A DNA stretch of 47,547 bases from Candidatus Woesebacteria bacterium (GTDB lineage: Bacteria; Patescibacteriota; Microgenomatia; UBA8517), in the NCBI GenBank assembly GCA_030699485.1, contig JAUYMM010000026.1, positions 1 through 47,547 on the forward strand. The letters are read 5' to 3'. Both the position numbers and the translations under genes were made by a program. A model generated the notes under the pieces. It searched no databases. It saw only the letters and a list, made by a program, of their open reading frames with translations, and had not been told where the DNA came from. Positions 7,089 through 17,268 of this stretch are shown here, in pieces. Numbering within the stretch: the stretch's first letter is position 1; the number at the start of each line of letters is the position of its first letter.

Positions 7089-8474
7089 ATGCAAAGAACT
7101 TTAGTTAGTGAGTCAACAAAAAAAATAGGAGAAACAGTTACTTTAAAAGGTTGGGTAAATACTATTCGTGATCATGGAAAAATAACTTTTATAGATCTAA
7201 GGGACAGAACTGGATTTATTCAATGTGTTGGTAAAAATTTGGAGAAAGTAACTACTGAAAGTGTTGTTGAAATAACAGGTAAGGTTGTTGAAAGGCCTGA
7301 AAAATTAATAAATCCTAATATTGAGACAGGAAAAGTCGAATTACAAATTGAAAAATTAAAAATATTTTCACTAGCTAGTGAACTTCCATTGCCAATTGAT
7401 ACAGACGGTTATGATATTGATGAAAATGTAAGAAACAAGTTTAGATATCTTGATTTAAGAAGACCTAGGATGAATAAAAATATTAGAATTAGATCTAAAG
7501 TTACACAATTTTTAAGAAACTATTTAATAAACTTAGACTTTATAGAAATTGAAACCCCAATATTAACTAAAACTACTCCAGAAGGAGCAAGAGATTTTTT
7601 GGTCCCTTCAAGATTACAACAAGGAAAATTTTATGCTCTTCCACAATCTCCTCAACAATATAAACAGCTATTAATGGTTGCAGGAATGGAAAGATACTTT
7701 CAATTTGCAAGATGTTTTAGAGATGAAGATCCAAGAAGTGACAGAGCCTATGGTGAATTTACACAACTTGATATGGAAATGTCTTTTGTAGAACAGAATG
7801 ATATTTTAGATTTAACTGAAAAAATGTTTTCGAAGTTAGTCGCTGAAATTTTTCCAGAGAAACAAATTCAAAAATCCCCATGGCCCAGAATTTCACATAA
7901 TGAGGCAGTAAAAAAGTATGGAAATGATAAACCAGATTTAAGAAAAAATAAAAATGATCCAAATGAACTAGCCTTTTGTTGGATTGTTGATTTTCCACTT
8001 TTTGTCGAGCAGTCAAAGGATGATTTTTTCCATGGTTCAGGAACAGCAAAATGGGCACCATCTCATCATATGTTTACTTCTCCTCATCCTGATGACATAA
8101 AACATTTGGAAACCAACCCAGAAAAAGTCAGAGGTTTGCAACATGATATGGTTTTAAATGGTCTTGAAGTTGGTGGAGGAAGTATTAGAATAAGCGATCC
8201 AAAAATACAAGAAAAAATATTTAAACTTATTGGTTTTTCAGAAGAACAAAGAGATCAATTTAGTCACATGTTAACTGCCTTTACCTACGGCGTTCCGCCA
8301 CATGGTGGAATAGCACCGGGTCTTGACAGGTTTATGATGGCAATTTTAGGAGAGCCTTCAGTTCGTGAAGTAATGGCCTATCCAACTTCATCATCTGGTC
8401 AGACATCAGTTTTAGATGCTCCAAGCGTTGCTTCAGATGGTCAATTAAAAGAACTTGGAATTAAAGTAAAATGA
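7089..8474 (+). CDS. aspS: aspartate--tRNA ligase, short form lacking the bacterial GAD insertion
   Basis: N-terminal OB fold. Class II motifs FRDEDPRSDRAYGEFTQLDMEMSF, GGGSIRI and GLDRFMM. Only 461 aa. Confidence 0.9.
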   Translation: MQRTLVSESTKKIGETVTLKGWVNTIRDHGKITFIDLRDRTGFIQCVGKNLEKVTTESVVEITGKVVERPEKLINPNIETGKVELQIEKLKIFSLASELPLPIDTDGYDIDENVRNKFRYLDLRRPRMNKNIRIRSKVTQFLRNYLINLDFIEIETPILTKTTPEGARDFLVPSRLQQGKFYALPQSPQQYKQLLMVAGMERYFQFARCFRDEDPRSDRAYGEFTQLDMEMSFVEQNDILDLTEKMFSKLVAEIFPEKQIQKSPWPRISHNEAVKKYGNDKPDLRKNKNDPNELAFCWIVDFPLFVEQSKDDFFHGSGTAKWAPSHHMFTSPHPDDIKHLETNPEKVRGLQHDMVLNGLEVGGGSIRISDPKIQEKIFKLIGFSEEQRDQFSHMLTAFTYGVPPHGGIAPGLDRFMMAILGEPSVREVMAYPTSSSGQTSVLDAPSVASDGQLKELGIKVK

Positions 8475-9400
8475 GACTAAAGGTAAAAAAAACTGATCTT
8501 TTGTATTTATCTCTTTTATCTTTTATTTTAGTTTCTACGACAGCAATCTCATTAAATAGTGGATTTGATAATATTGTTACATATATATATCCTTCAAAAA
8601 ATAAGGCATATTCTGATCTACCAGTTTTAAAAGATACAGCTAAATATCCTATTCTTTCTGCCCAATCTGTCATGGCGGTTGATTTAACATCAGGTGTTAC
8701 TTTATATGAGAAAGATCCAAACAAAGCACTTCTTCCTGCCTCAACAACAAAAATAGTTACTGCTTTAGTGGCACTTGATACTTATGAACCAGAACAAGTC
8801 TTAAAAGTTGGTAAGGTAGCTGTAGAAGGTCAAAAAATGGGCTTAATAACAGGAGAAGAAATTAAATTCATTGATTTATTAAATGGTCTATTAATTTATT
8901 CTGCGAATGATGCTGCAGAAGTTTTAGCCTCAAATCATCCCGGAGAGAGAGATTTATTTATTGCCTTGATGAATAAAAAAGTAAAAGATTTGGGATTAAA
9001 TAATACTCATTTCGGAAACCCAACTGGTCTTGATAACGGAGCGCAATATTCTACCACACGTGATTTAGTCGTAGTTGCCAAATATTCAATGGAAAATCCA
9101 ACTTTTGCAGAAATTGTAGGAACTAAAGAAAAAATTGTTAAAAGTGTGGATGGTAAATATACGCACAGGCTTGTTAACATTAATAAATTATTAGGAAGCG
9201 TTGATGGTGTCAAAGGAGTTAAGACTGGTTGGACTGAAAATGCAAGAGAAAATCTAGTTGTTTATGTTGAAAGAAATAATAGAAAAGTAATGACTGTGGT
9301 CCTCGGCAGTTCTGATAGATTTGGAGAAACTGAAGAATTAATTGAATGGATATACCAAAATTATATTTGGGAAAAAATTACTCCCCGTAGTAATCAGTAA
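8471..9400 (+). CDS. D-alanyl-D-alanine carboxypeptidase (S11, PBP5/6-like)
   Basis: SxxK (ASTTKIV), SxN (SANDAA) and KTG (KTGWT) motifs, with an N-terminal signal or anchor. Confidence 0.85.
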   Translation: MRLKVKKTDLLYLSLLSFILVSTTAISLNSGFDNIVTYIYPSKNKAYSDLPVLKDTAKYPILSAQSVMAVDLTSGVTLYEKDPNKALLPASTTKIVTALVALDTYEPEQVLKVGKVAVEGQKMGLITGEEIKFIDLLNGLLIYSANDAAEVLASNHPGERDLFIALMNKKVKDLGLNNTHFGNPTGLDNGAQYSTTRDLVVVAKYSMENPTFAEIVGTKEKIVKSVDGKYTHRLVNINKLLGSVDGVKGVKTGWTENARENLVVYVERNNRKVMTVVLGSSDRFGETEELIEWIYQNYIWEKITPRSNQ

Positions 9401-10427
9401 CAACTGCTGGTATATAACCTACAAAATTTTTATCTCCCTCAAAGACAAAAACAGGCTGTAAAAATTCAGTATACATACCTGCATCATAGTAAGCTAAATA
9501 AACTTTTCTAATTTTTATACTTTCACCTTCTGCAGTAGTTCCTAAAGATGCTGGATAATAATTACCTGATGAAAATTCTTGCCAAACAATATCAGCGGTT
9601 TTTATTGGATATGTTGCCATCTGCGTTTCATCAACTGGAAAATAATGATATTCTCCTGCAACAACTTCCTTACCTCTTTCTTTAACACCACTTACCATGA
9701 ACCAGACATTTCCTTTTCCTGTTGTTTGAGTAACAGTTGGGAGATTATCGTAATTTTTTCTAAATAAGTCGACACGAATTATATTTGCATCTGATAATGA
9801 ATTGGCTGGTATAAAATCACCTGATTCTGTTTTTAAATAATTATGTTCAAACCTGCCTCCTTCTAAATCGTCAGGATATAAATTTGCACCTGAAAGAAGC
9901 GATTTAATACTATTTCTAGCAATTTCCGGAAGAGGTGGTTTAACAGAAATTGGAGATGGGTCAACATTTAAATCATAACTAAGTGAAAATGATCCTGTAA
10001 TAATATTTGTTTCCATGGTTGATGGAGAAGTTTTGTGATAAAACTTGTATAAAGATTCTGTTAATTGTTGAGCTTCAATATTAAAACCCAATCTATTTGC
10101 CCTGTCTTGTGCAAAATCAAGAGAGAGAAGGTTTGAAGGTTGTTTTGGCATGAAAAAAACCTTTAATTGATCAGGGAATTGTGGTAATCCACCCTCAGCA
10201 GTTTCTAAAGAAAAGTTTAACACTGGCTTTTGTTTTTCTGGAAATGGCAATGTAGTTAATTTCCCAAAAGAAACAGTTGGAGGGACAGGTGGTGGTGGAA
10301 ATACTTTTTTATAAATAACTATTCCAGTTAAAATAATTCCACGAAGGATAATAAATATAATTATAGAATATATAAAATAACGAATCCCTTTTCTAGATAT
10401 TATTGAAGCTTCAGTCAATGTTGTCAT
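9378..10427 (-). CDS. hypothetical N-terminally anchored extracytoplasmic protein
   Basis: 349 aa. One N-terminal TM helix followed by a PPPPVPP linker. No recognised domain. Confidence 0.6.
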   Translation of the reverse strand: MTTLTEASIISRKGIRYFIYSIIIFIILRGIILTGIVIYKKVFPPPPVPPTVSFGKLTTLPFPEKQKPVLNFSLETAEGGLPQFPDQLKVFFMPKQPSNLLSLDFAQDRANRLGFNIEAQQLTESLYKFYHKTSPSTMETNIITGSFSLSYDLNVDPSPISVKPPLPEIARNSIKSLLSGANLYPDDLEGGRFEHNYLKTESGDFIPANSLSDANIIRVDLFRKNYDNLPTVTQTTGKGNVWFMVSGVKERGKEVVAGEYHYFPVDETQMATYPIKTADIVWQEFSSGNYYPASLGTTAEGESIKIRKVYLAYYDAGMYTEFLQPVFVFEGDKNFVGYIPAVVTDYYGE

Positions 10428-10445
10428 GATATAATTAATATTACC

Positions 10446-11732
10446 ATGAGAACTCGATTTGCTCCAAGCCCAACAGGATTTTTACATATAGGTAGTCTAC
10501 GGACTGCACTTTATGCTTATCTATTAGCTAAAAATAAAAAAGGTGATTTTATATTACGTATTGAAGATACCGATCAAAAAAGAGAGGTAGAAGGATCAGT
10601 TGATGCAATTTGTGATACTTTAAAGAAATTTGGAATTGAATGGAATGAATATTACGTGCAGAGTATTCGGCACAAAAGTGGAATATATAAAAAAGCAGCC
10701 GAGAAATTAATTTTAAATGGCCATGCCTTTTATTGTCAGTGTAAACCTAAAAATGCAAAAATAGAAGGTTTCTCAAATATTTTACGTGACCCATGTAGAA
10801 ATCTTGAACTTACATCAGGTGCAATTAAACTTAGGGTACCAGATAACAAAATAGTTAAATACAAAGATTTTGTACACAAAAAAGAAATTTCTTGGAATAC
10901 AGACACCATATATGATGCAACTTTACTAAAATCAGATGGTTTTCCCACATATCATTTAGCAGCTATGACTGATGATATTGAGATGAAGATAACTCATATT
11001 TTAAGAGGTCATGATTGGCTTCCATCTACTCCTGTGCATCTTTTAGTATTTGAATATCTTGGAGGAAAAACACCTGAGATTGGGCATCTAACGGATATAA
11101 TGTCTGCTGAAACTGGAAAAAAACTATCTAAGAGAAGAGATTCAGTTTTTGTAGAAAACTTTCTTGAGGAAGGATATTTACCCGAAGCGTTACTTAATTT
11201 TATTCTTCTTTTGGGCTGGGCTCCAAAGGACAATAGAGAATTATATTCATTAGAAGAAATGGTTACACATTTTGATATTAATGGTTTTCAAGATGCAAAC
11301 CCAAGATTTTTTAGAGAAAAGTTAGATTGGTTTAATGGTCAGTATATTCGTAAATTATCAATTGATTCTTTATTGGAAAAATTAAAATTAGACAAGACTG
11401 CAAAAAATAAAGCTATTGTTAAATTACTACAAGACCGAATAGAAAAGCTTTCAGATTTTAACTCACTTGCTAAATTTTTCTTTGATAGACCAAAAGTTGA
11501 CACAAAGCTATTTGGAGAAAAATACAAAGAACATCTCAAAAAAGCAATCGAAGGTATTAAAAGTAATAGAGACTTAATGGAAGTGGTAAAAGAAAATGAT
11601 TTTAAAACAGGAAATTTTTTCATGAGTTTAAGAATTGCAGTAACTGGCATGAAATTTACCCCACCCATAAATGAATCGATAGAAATATTAGGAAAGGAAG
11701 AAACAATAGTAAGACTAAAAAGTTTAATATAA
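10446..11732 (+). CDS. gltX: glutamate--tRNA ligase (short, 428 aa)
   Basis: PSPTGFLHIGSLRTAL (HIGH) and KLSKR (KMSKS). Confidence 0.9.
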   Translation: MRTRFAPSPTGFLHIGSLRTALYAYLLAKNKKGDFILRIEDTDQKREVEGSVDAICDTLKKFGIEWNEYYVQSIRHKSGIYKKAAEKLILNGHAFYCQCKPKNAKIEGFSNILRDPCRNLELTSGAIKLRVPDNKIVKYKDFVHKKEISWNTDTIYDATLLKSDGFPTYHLAAMTDDIEMKITHILRGHDWLPSTPVHLLVFEYLGGKTPEIGHLTDIMSAETGKKLSKRRDSVFVENFLEEGYLPEALLNFILLLGWAPKDNRELYSLEEMVTHFDINGFQDANPRFFREKLDWFNGQYIRKLSIDSLLEKLKLDKTAKNKAIVKLLQDRIEKLSDFNSLAKFFFDRPKVDTKLFGEKYKEHLKKAIEGIKSNRDLMEVVKENDFKTGNFFMSLRIAVTGMKFTPPINESIEILGKEETIVRLKSLI

Positions 11733-12664
11733 TGCAAAAGACTGCCAATAGTAATTTTCGAGATTTATTAAAGTTAAAAAGTATTGAAACAAAGCTTCAC
11801 TTTGAAAAAAAATATCCTCATGCCCACAAATATTTTCTAGAAAAAGGTTTGGAGTTAGGTAAATTAAGACAACATAGTGCCAAATTAATTTCTGCTGGTG
11901 CTTTAACTGGAACACTTTTGCTTTCTCCACCCACGGGAGTGGGGCAATTACCTACATCAACAGAAATTGTAAGAGATATAAGTGAGCTTGGAAATAAAGA
12001 AGGTAATGAACTTCCACAAAAAGAATTGATAGAAAGTTTAAAAGTTATGTTACCAAGTGAAGTTAGGCCTCTAGCTCGTGATGAAGAAAAGAGATTAGAA
12101 CAAATGATAAAAGACATGACTAGTATACCTGCAAAAGCAGCACTTGAAGGGGAACATTTAAATACCAGTTATGGTTATATTGGAGCAGAACAACATTTAA
12201 AAAGATATCCAGGTGACATTTTAGAAAATCATGGACCATATTATAAAGAGGGCATGGCTCCAGGTCTTGGTGCGTGGGGATATTTTAGTAAATCAAAAGC
12301 TGATTTGACTCTCAATTTGATTGAAAATGAAAAATGGTATGCAGTTGTTCAAACTTTATATCTTTCCGATTGGTCTGAGCGTCAACCATATCTTAAGAAT
12401 TGGTATAAATATAGAAAAGTAATGATTGTTAATACTAAAAATGGTAATGCAGTAGTTGCTGCAATTGCAGATAGTGGACCTGCTGCTTTTACTGGAAAAC
12501 ATTTTGGAGGTAGCCCTGAAGTGATGGAGTACCTCGGCGGGGCTAGATATAAAAAAGGTGCCGTACTTCTTTTCTTTGTTGACGATCCAGAAAATACTAT
12601 CAAACTTGGTCCTGTAAAGTATAATAAATTAAACGCAACTGAAGGGAGTCTAATACAAATATGA
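11732..12664 (+). CDS. hypothetical secreted protein, possibly with a C-terminal RlpA/DPBB-like fold
   Basis: N-terminal hydrophobic segment. C-terminal VMIVNTKNGNAVVAAIADSGPAAF resembles double-psi beta-barrel lytic domains (weak). Confidence 0.5.
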   Translation: MQKTANSNFRDLLKLKSIETKLHFEKKYPHAHKYFLEKGLELGKLRQHSAKLISAGALTGTLLLSPPTGVGQLPTSTEIVRDISELGNKEGNELPQKELIESLKVMLPSEVRPLARDEEKRLEQMIKDMTSIPAKAALEGEHLNTSYGYIGAEQHLKRYPGDILENHGPYYKEGMAPGLGAWGYFSKSKADLTLNLIENEKWYAVVQTLYLSDWSERQPYLKNWYKYRKVMIVNTKNGNAVVAAIADSGPAAFTGKHFGGSPEVMEYLGGARYKKGAVLLFFVDDPENTIKLGPVKYNKLNATEGSLIQI

Positions 12665-12966
12665 GTATCTTATTCTACGATCATTTAGTTGTTATCAAAG
12701 GTCTTGATAAAAAGATCAAAAAATATACATCATCAAATGATGAGATGCAGGAACTTTGGTTTTACGTTGAAGAATTAATTCATCATAGAGTTTTGGATTG
12801 TTGTCTTGGTAATTTACCCCAAGAACACCATCATGAATTTTTAGAAATGTTCCATAATCATCCACATGACACGGGTTTACTAGGTTATCTAAATGAAAAA
12901 ATAGGAAAAGATGTTGAAAAACTTATAAAGGCAGAAATGAAAAAATTATCAAATGAACTTCAGTAA
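12661..12966 (+). CDS. hypothetical His-rich small protein
   Basis: 101 aa with QEHHHEFLEMFHNHPHD. Overlaps both neighbouring genes. Confidence 0.5.
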   Translation: MSILFYDHLVVIKGLDKKIKKYTSSNDEMQELWFYVEELIHHRVLDCCLGNLPQEHHHEFLEMFHNHPHDTGLLGYLNEKIGKDVEKLIKAEMKKLSNELQ

Positions 12967-13213
12967 TTATGGAGGCCTAATCTGGACAAATCATGCGCTT
13001 TCAAAGCTCACTGAAAGGGGAATTAAACAGGGTGACGCTTGGGCTGTTTGGAATCGTCCAGAACAAAGTAGATATTCAAAAACCCAAGGAGCTTGGATTT
13101 ATTACAAAACTTGGGGGGACACCAGAATAGAAGTTGTGGCAAAACAGGATATTAACAAAAAATGGATAATACTTTCTGTTTGGAGTAAACAAGTTCTTGT
13201 TAAACAAAAGTAA
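12953..13213 (+). CDS. DUF4258-like small protein (possible toxin-like domain)
   Basis: 86 aa. WTNHALSKLTERGIKQGD resembles the H-A-x-x-R-x-x-ERGI start of DUF4258 proteins. Weak, from memory. Confidence 0.45.
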   Translation: MNFSNYGGLIWTNHALSKLTERGIKQGDAWAVWNRPEQSRYSKTQGAWIYYKTWGDTRIEVVAKQDINKKWIILSVWSKQVLVKQK

Positions 13214-14423
13214 TTGCAGTGCCTGTTTTGTCTGCTCTTCCAGTTCTTCCGATTCTATGAATATATGTATCATAACTTTCTGGTGCTTCATAGTTTATGA
13301 CATGGCTGACATTTGGTATATCAAGTCCACGAGAGGCTACATCAGTTGCAATTAAGATGTTTATGTTTGTTCTTTTGAATTTATCAAGGGTCTTTAGCCT
13401 TTGGCTTTGTCTTTTGTTACCATGAATGGCATCAGCTCTAAAACCTCTCATTACAAGTTCATCAGAAAGTTTTTGTACACCATGTTTGGTTCTGGCAAAG
13501 ATCAAAACTTTATCAAATTCCTCTCTATTTAAAAGATCATGAAGTTGTTCAATTTTTTTGTGTGGGCTATCAATCCTTACTACTTCTTGTTTAACATTGA
13601 CTGCAGTTTCTCTAGTTTTAACAGAAATTGTTACAGGATTATTTACAAAAGCGTTTAAAACACCTCTAACTTTTCCATCAATTGTAGCTGAGAAAAATAG
13701 TGATTGCCGTTCTTTTGGAAGTAGTGAAATCATATACTCTATATCTTTAAGAAATCCAATATCAACCATATGATCTGCTTCATCAAGAACAACTGATTTA
13801 CAATCACCTAAGTATAAAGTTCTTGAATCTACATGATCTAAAAGTCTTCCAGGTGTTCCAATTATAAAACTGGGATTTCTTCTTAATTCTTGTTTTTGTC
13901 TATTAATATTTTCTCCACCAATACAAAGTGCTGAATAAATATTTAATCCTTTTGAAAAAAGATAAAATTCATCTCTAATTTGACTTGCAAGCTCACGGGT
14001 AGGAGCCACTATTAAAACTTTTTCATTCCTGTTTTTAATTACTTTATCTAAAAGTGGGATTAAAAAGGCTGCTGTTTTTCCAGTACCAGTGTTAGCAATA
14101 CCAATTAAATCTCGTCCATTTAAAATTTCTGGGATTGATTGGTCTTGAATTGGTGTAGTTGCACCATAATTTCTATCTAATACATTTTGTTTTAATTTAG
14201 AATCAATATTAAAATCAGAAAAAGAATGTTTTGAAACATAAATTTCTGGGGTAACATTGATATTTTCATTATTTTGAGCATTTATTACATTTGTTGGATC
14301 AAAAGATCTGACAACTCTGCCACCTCTTTGTCCAAATCTATTTCCCAAAGCACGAAAATTAGTGCCCGAGCGAGAACCGCCACGACCACCACCACGAAAA
14401 CTTCTGTTAAACTTTTTATACAT
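13200..14423 (-). CDS. DEAD-box ATP-dependent RNA helicase with N-terminal RGG-rich tail
   Basis: TGTGKTAAF, DEAD, SAT and HRIGRTGRA motifs. N-terminal RGGGRGGSRSG...RGGR. Confidence 0.9.
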   Translation of the reverse strand: MYKKFNRSFRGGGRGGSRSGTNFRALGNRFGQRGGRVVRSFDPTNVINAQNNENINVTPEIYVSKHSFSDFNIDSKLKQNVLDRNYGATTPIQDQSIPEILNGRDLIGIANTGTGKTAAFLIPLLDKVIKNRNEKVLIVAPTRELASQIRDEFYLFSKGLNIYSALCIGGENINRQKQELRRNPSFIIGTPGRLLDHVDSRTLYLGDCKSVVLDEADHMVDIGFLKDIEYMISLLPKERQSLFFSATIDGKVRGVLNAFVNNPVTISVKTRETAVNVKQEVVRIDSPHKKIEQLHDLLNREEFDKVLIFARTKHGVQKLSDELVMRGFRADAIHGNKRQSQRLKTLDKFKRTNINILIATDVASRGLDIPNVSHVINYEAPESYDTYIHRIGRTGRADKTGTAITFV

Positions 14424-14505
14424 TTTATTAAAAGAAAGATTGGAGAAACCCTGAAGTAAAATTAATAATTACAACTAGTCTCTCACATATCGGCTAGCCG
14501 ATATT

Positions 14506-14757
14506 TCATATCGATATTGAGATTATAACTTCCTTTTGTCCTTTTGTCAATTTTTTAATTTTAGCCTCTCTTTTTAATGCCTCGCTTCTTGTTTGATAAT
14601 TTTTAGTATGGACTAATTTAAAGCTATCAAAGACCTTCATGTATTTAGCAGATCTTTTTCCTTTCTCACGGTGTTCTTTTAATCGTTTTTCCAAATTATT
14701 GCTAATCCCCGTATATAAAGTGTTTTTGGAAGTTCGTAATATATAAACTGTATACAT
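14506..14757 (-). CDS. GIY-YIG nuclease superfamily small protein
   Basis: YTVYILRT...LYTGISNNLEKRLKEH motif, 83 aa. Confidence 0.8.
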   Translation of the reverse strand: MYTVYILRTSKNTLYTGISNNLEKRLKEHREKGKRSAKYMKVFDSFKLVHTKNYQTRSEALKREAKIKKLTKGQKEVIISISI

Positions 14758-15725
14758 TATTTAAGTAGTTTTAATGCTTCTTCTATAGATTTTGTTTCCA
14801 TAAGTTTAGATCTTAATTTATTTGCTCCGTTAAAGTTATTAATATACATTTTAAAGAATTTTTTCACAGTTTCATAACTGGTTACTTTATCGTTTGAATA
14901 TCCACTATCACATAATTTTAGATGTTTAATTAATATTTTTTTTGATTCTTCAAACGAATGTTCTTTGACTTTTTTTTCAAATACCCAAGGGTTTGAAAAT
15001 ATTCCTCGACCTATCATTATTCCATCAACATGAGACTCCTTAACCCTTTTTAGAGCCTCTTTATAGCTTTTTACGTCTCCATTGCCTATGATAATTGTAC
15101 TAGGTGAAATATCATCCTTAATCTTTACAGCTTTTTCAATTTCTTTCCAGTTTGCAGGTATATCTGACATTTGTTTAGAAGTTCTACCATGAACAGTTAA
15201 TGCATCTATTTTTTGTTCGAGTAAAAAAGTAATCCATTCTTCTGTTACTACTTCTTTGAATCCAATTCTAGTTTTCACACTAATGGGTAACTTTTTTGAT
15301 CCTTTTTTTGTAGCTTCAATTATTTCTTTTGCAAGTGGATGATTGTTAATTAAAGCAGAGCAAGCTCCAATTTTAACAACTGCACGATCAGGGCAACCCA
15401 TATTAATATCAATTCCATCAAAACCAAGTTTTTCAATTAGTTTTGCAGTTTTATAATAATTTTCAGGTTTTAGTCCCCAAATTTGAGCTACAATTGGTTT
15501 TTGTTCTTTACTAAATTTAAATCTAGGTATAGTTTTTTCCAAACCCAATGAATTTAGGGCTTCTACATTTGTAAATTCAGTGAACAATACATCAGGTTTT
15601 GGTAAATAGTTTGCAACAATTTCTCTAAAAATATAATCAGTCACCCCTTCCATTGGAGCAAGAACAGTAAATGGCCTTGGTAGTTTTCGCCAAAAATTGG
15701 TGGTATTAATTGTTTTAATACTCAT
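14757..15725 (-). CDS. dus: tRNA-dihydrouridine synthase
   Basis: LAPMEGVTD and DINMGCP (catalytic Cys), TIM-barrel Dus pattern. Confidence 0.85.
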   Translation of the reverse strand: MSIKTINTTNFWRKLPRPFTVLAPMEGVTDYIFREIVANYLPKPDVLFTEFTNVEALNSLGLEKTIPRFKFSKEQKPIVAQIWGLKPENYYKTAKLIEKLGFDGIDINMGCPDRAVVKIGACSALINNHPLAKEIIEATKKGSKKLPISVKTRIGFKEVVTEEWITFLLEQKIDALTVHGRTSKQMSDIPANWKEIEKAVKIKDDISPSTIIIGNGDVKSYKEALKRVKESHVDGIMIGRGIFSNPWVFEKKVKEHSFEESKKILIKHLKLCDSGYSNDKVTSYETVKKFFKMYINNFNGANKLRSKLMETKSIEEALKLLK

Positions 15726-15921
15726 TTAAAAGTTTTTCATCTATAGCGTTTTTTATTTTTTTTATGGCTACACAACCTTCACACATTGATCTCACTAAAT
15801 CGTCGAACCCTCTTTCTTCTCTTCCAGTAATTATCGTTGCACGATTTATATCTGCTTGAAAGCTATCGCGATTCTGCAATGCTTTAAAAATTATACAATC
15901 TTTTTCACAGCTTCTTTCCAT
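15715..15921 (-). CDS. hypothetical small Cys4 protein
   Basis: 68 aa with Cx3C (C5, C9) and CxxC (C46, C49). Sits between pyrB and dus on the same strand. Confidence 0.45.
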   Translation of the reverse strand: MERSCEKDCIIFKALQNRDSFQADINRATIITGREERGFDDLVRSMCEGCVAIKKIKNAIDEKLLNEY

Positions 15922-16009
15922 ATTATAAAAACAATCTCCTCGTTGCCGTCAACAGTGAATACATCAGTATAGATCTTGCGTACCATTTCTTATATTGTAA
16001 ATTATTATT

Positions 16010-17053
16010 TTAGGTTGGTAGTTTACCTAATACTCCTGCCAATAATGTCATTCTTACATATAGGCCATTCTTCATTTGCCTGAAATAGGCCGCATTTTTA
16101 GTATAAGTATCAACTTCTTTGGAAATCTCACCAACCCTAGGAAGTGGATGCATTATTGTCAGGGAGTCTTTTCCGGCATGTAGAGTTTCCGGCGTAACAA
16201 TATAAAGACTTTTTACAGATTCATAAAGAATAGGATCACTAAATCTTTCTTTTTGCACACGTGTAACATAAAGCACGTCTGTTTCTCCTAATACTTCAGA
16301 TAAATTTTTGTGTTCCGATTGTTGCACACCCTTAACTGCTAGTTCTTGAATAATTTCAGGTGGCATTCTCAAAATTTCGGGTGAAACATAATTAAGCTTA
16401 ACGTCATAAAGAGAAAGAAGCCTTGCCAAAGAATGAACTGTTCTTCCATGTTTCATATCACCCAACATGGTCACAGTAAGTCCATCTACCTTTCCTTGTT
16501 CTTTTCTGACTGTTACATAGTCTAGTAGTGCTTGGGTTGGATGCTCCCCAATACCATCGCCAGCATTTATTAACGGTATAGAAGTTGCCTCTGCGGCTAT
16601 TGCAGCTGAACCTGTTTCGGGGTGACGTAGGACAATAACATCCGCATATTGTTCGAGTGTGCGAACTGTGTCCTGTAAATCTTCACCTTTTGTAACAGAT
16701 GAGTATTCAACTCCATTTATAGGAATTACGCTTCCAGCCAATCTTTCCATTGCAGCTGTAAATGAAGATGAAGTTCGTGTTGATGGTTCGTAGAAAAGAT
16801 TTGCTAATATTTTTCTACTTAAAAAATCAGTTTTATAGCCTTTACTTGCAATCTCAGCCATTTCTAAACTCCAATCAAAAATATTATCAAGGGTTTTTGT
16901 ATCAAATTGCTGAATGGAAAGTATATCCTTACCCTTAAGGTTTCCGTTCAAGTGTTCTGCGGAATGATTAAGAGTATCTGTACCTCTTTGGTTTGCGCTT
17001 AAATCTACATTCATCCTCTGCAATAGAATATTCTCAATAAGTCTCCATGTCAA
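16010..17053 (-). CDS. pyrB: aspartate carbamoyltransferase catalytic chain
   Basis: FYEPSTRTSSSF, HPTQALLD, RVQKERF and HPLPR motifs. The track start is TTG at 17053; ATG at 17014 is an alternative. Confidence 0.85.
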   Translation of the reverse strand: MTWRLIENILLQRMNVDLSANQRGTDTLNHSAEHLNGNLKGKDILSIQQFDTKTLDNIFDWSLEMAEIASKGYKTDFLSRKILANLFYEPSTRTSSSFTAAMERLAGSVIPINGVEYSSVTKGEDLQDTVRTLEQYADVIVLRHPETGSAAIAAEATSIPLINAGDGIGEHPTQALLDYVTVRKEQGKVDGLTVTMLGDMKHGRTVHSLARLLSLYDVKLNYVSPEILRMPPEIIQELAVKGVQQSEHKNLSEVLGETDVLYVTRVQKERFSDPILYESVKSLYIVTPETLHAGKDSLTIMHPLPRVGEISKEVDTYTKNAAYFRQMKNGLYVRMTLLAGVLGKLPT

Positions 17054-17095
17054 TATCAGCTTTTATCTCTTTTGTTAACTTTTCTATGTGTTAAG

Positions 17096-17122
17096 CGGTA
17101 ACTGGGGTGTTTTGCTTGGCTG
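17096..17122 (+). repeat. 27-bp direct repeat, distal copy (att-like)
   Basis: CGGTAACTGGGGTGTTTTGCTTGGCTG. 26/27 identical to 28005..28031. Confidence 0.9.
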
Positions 17123-17268
17123 AGCATCTCGGTCTGCCCCCATTCTATCATTATAACTCGTGTCCCACCTCAAGGCTAAATGAGACAAATGGGACACTAT
17201 AAAAAGGAATTATCTCAAAAACTACTGATATATTTTGTTATGGTGTTATTTAGTGATAAACTTGGGCC

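Noticed and set aside
14487-14504. Perfect 18-bp palindrome ATATCGGCTAGCCGATAT, 2 nt after the GIY-YIG gene stop.
   Set aside because: It is a single copy with no U-tract on either strand. It is probably just a transcript-end hairpin, and there is not enough evidence to call it a terminator or binding site.
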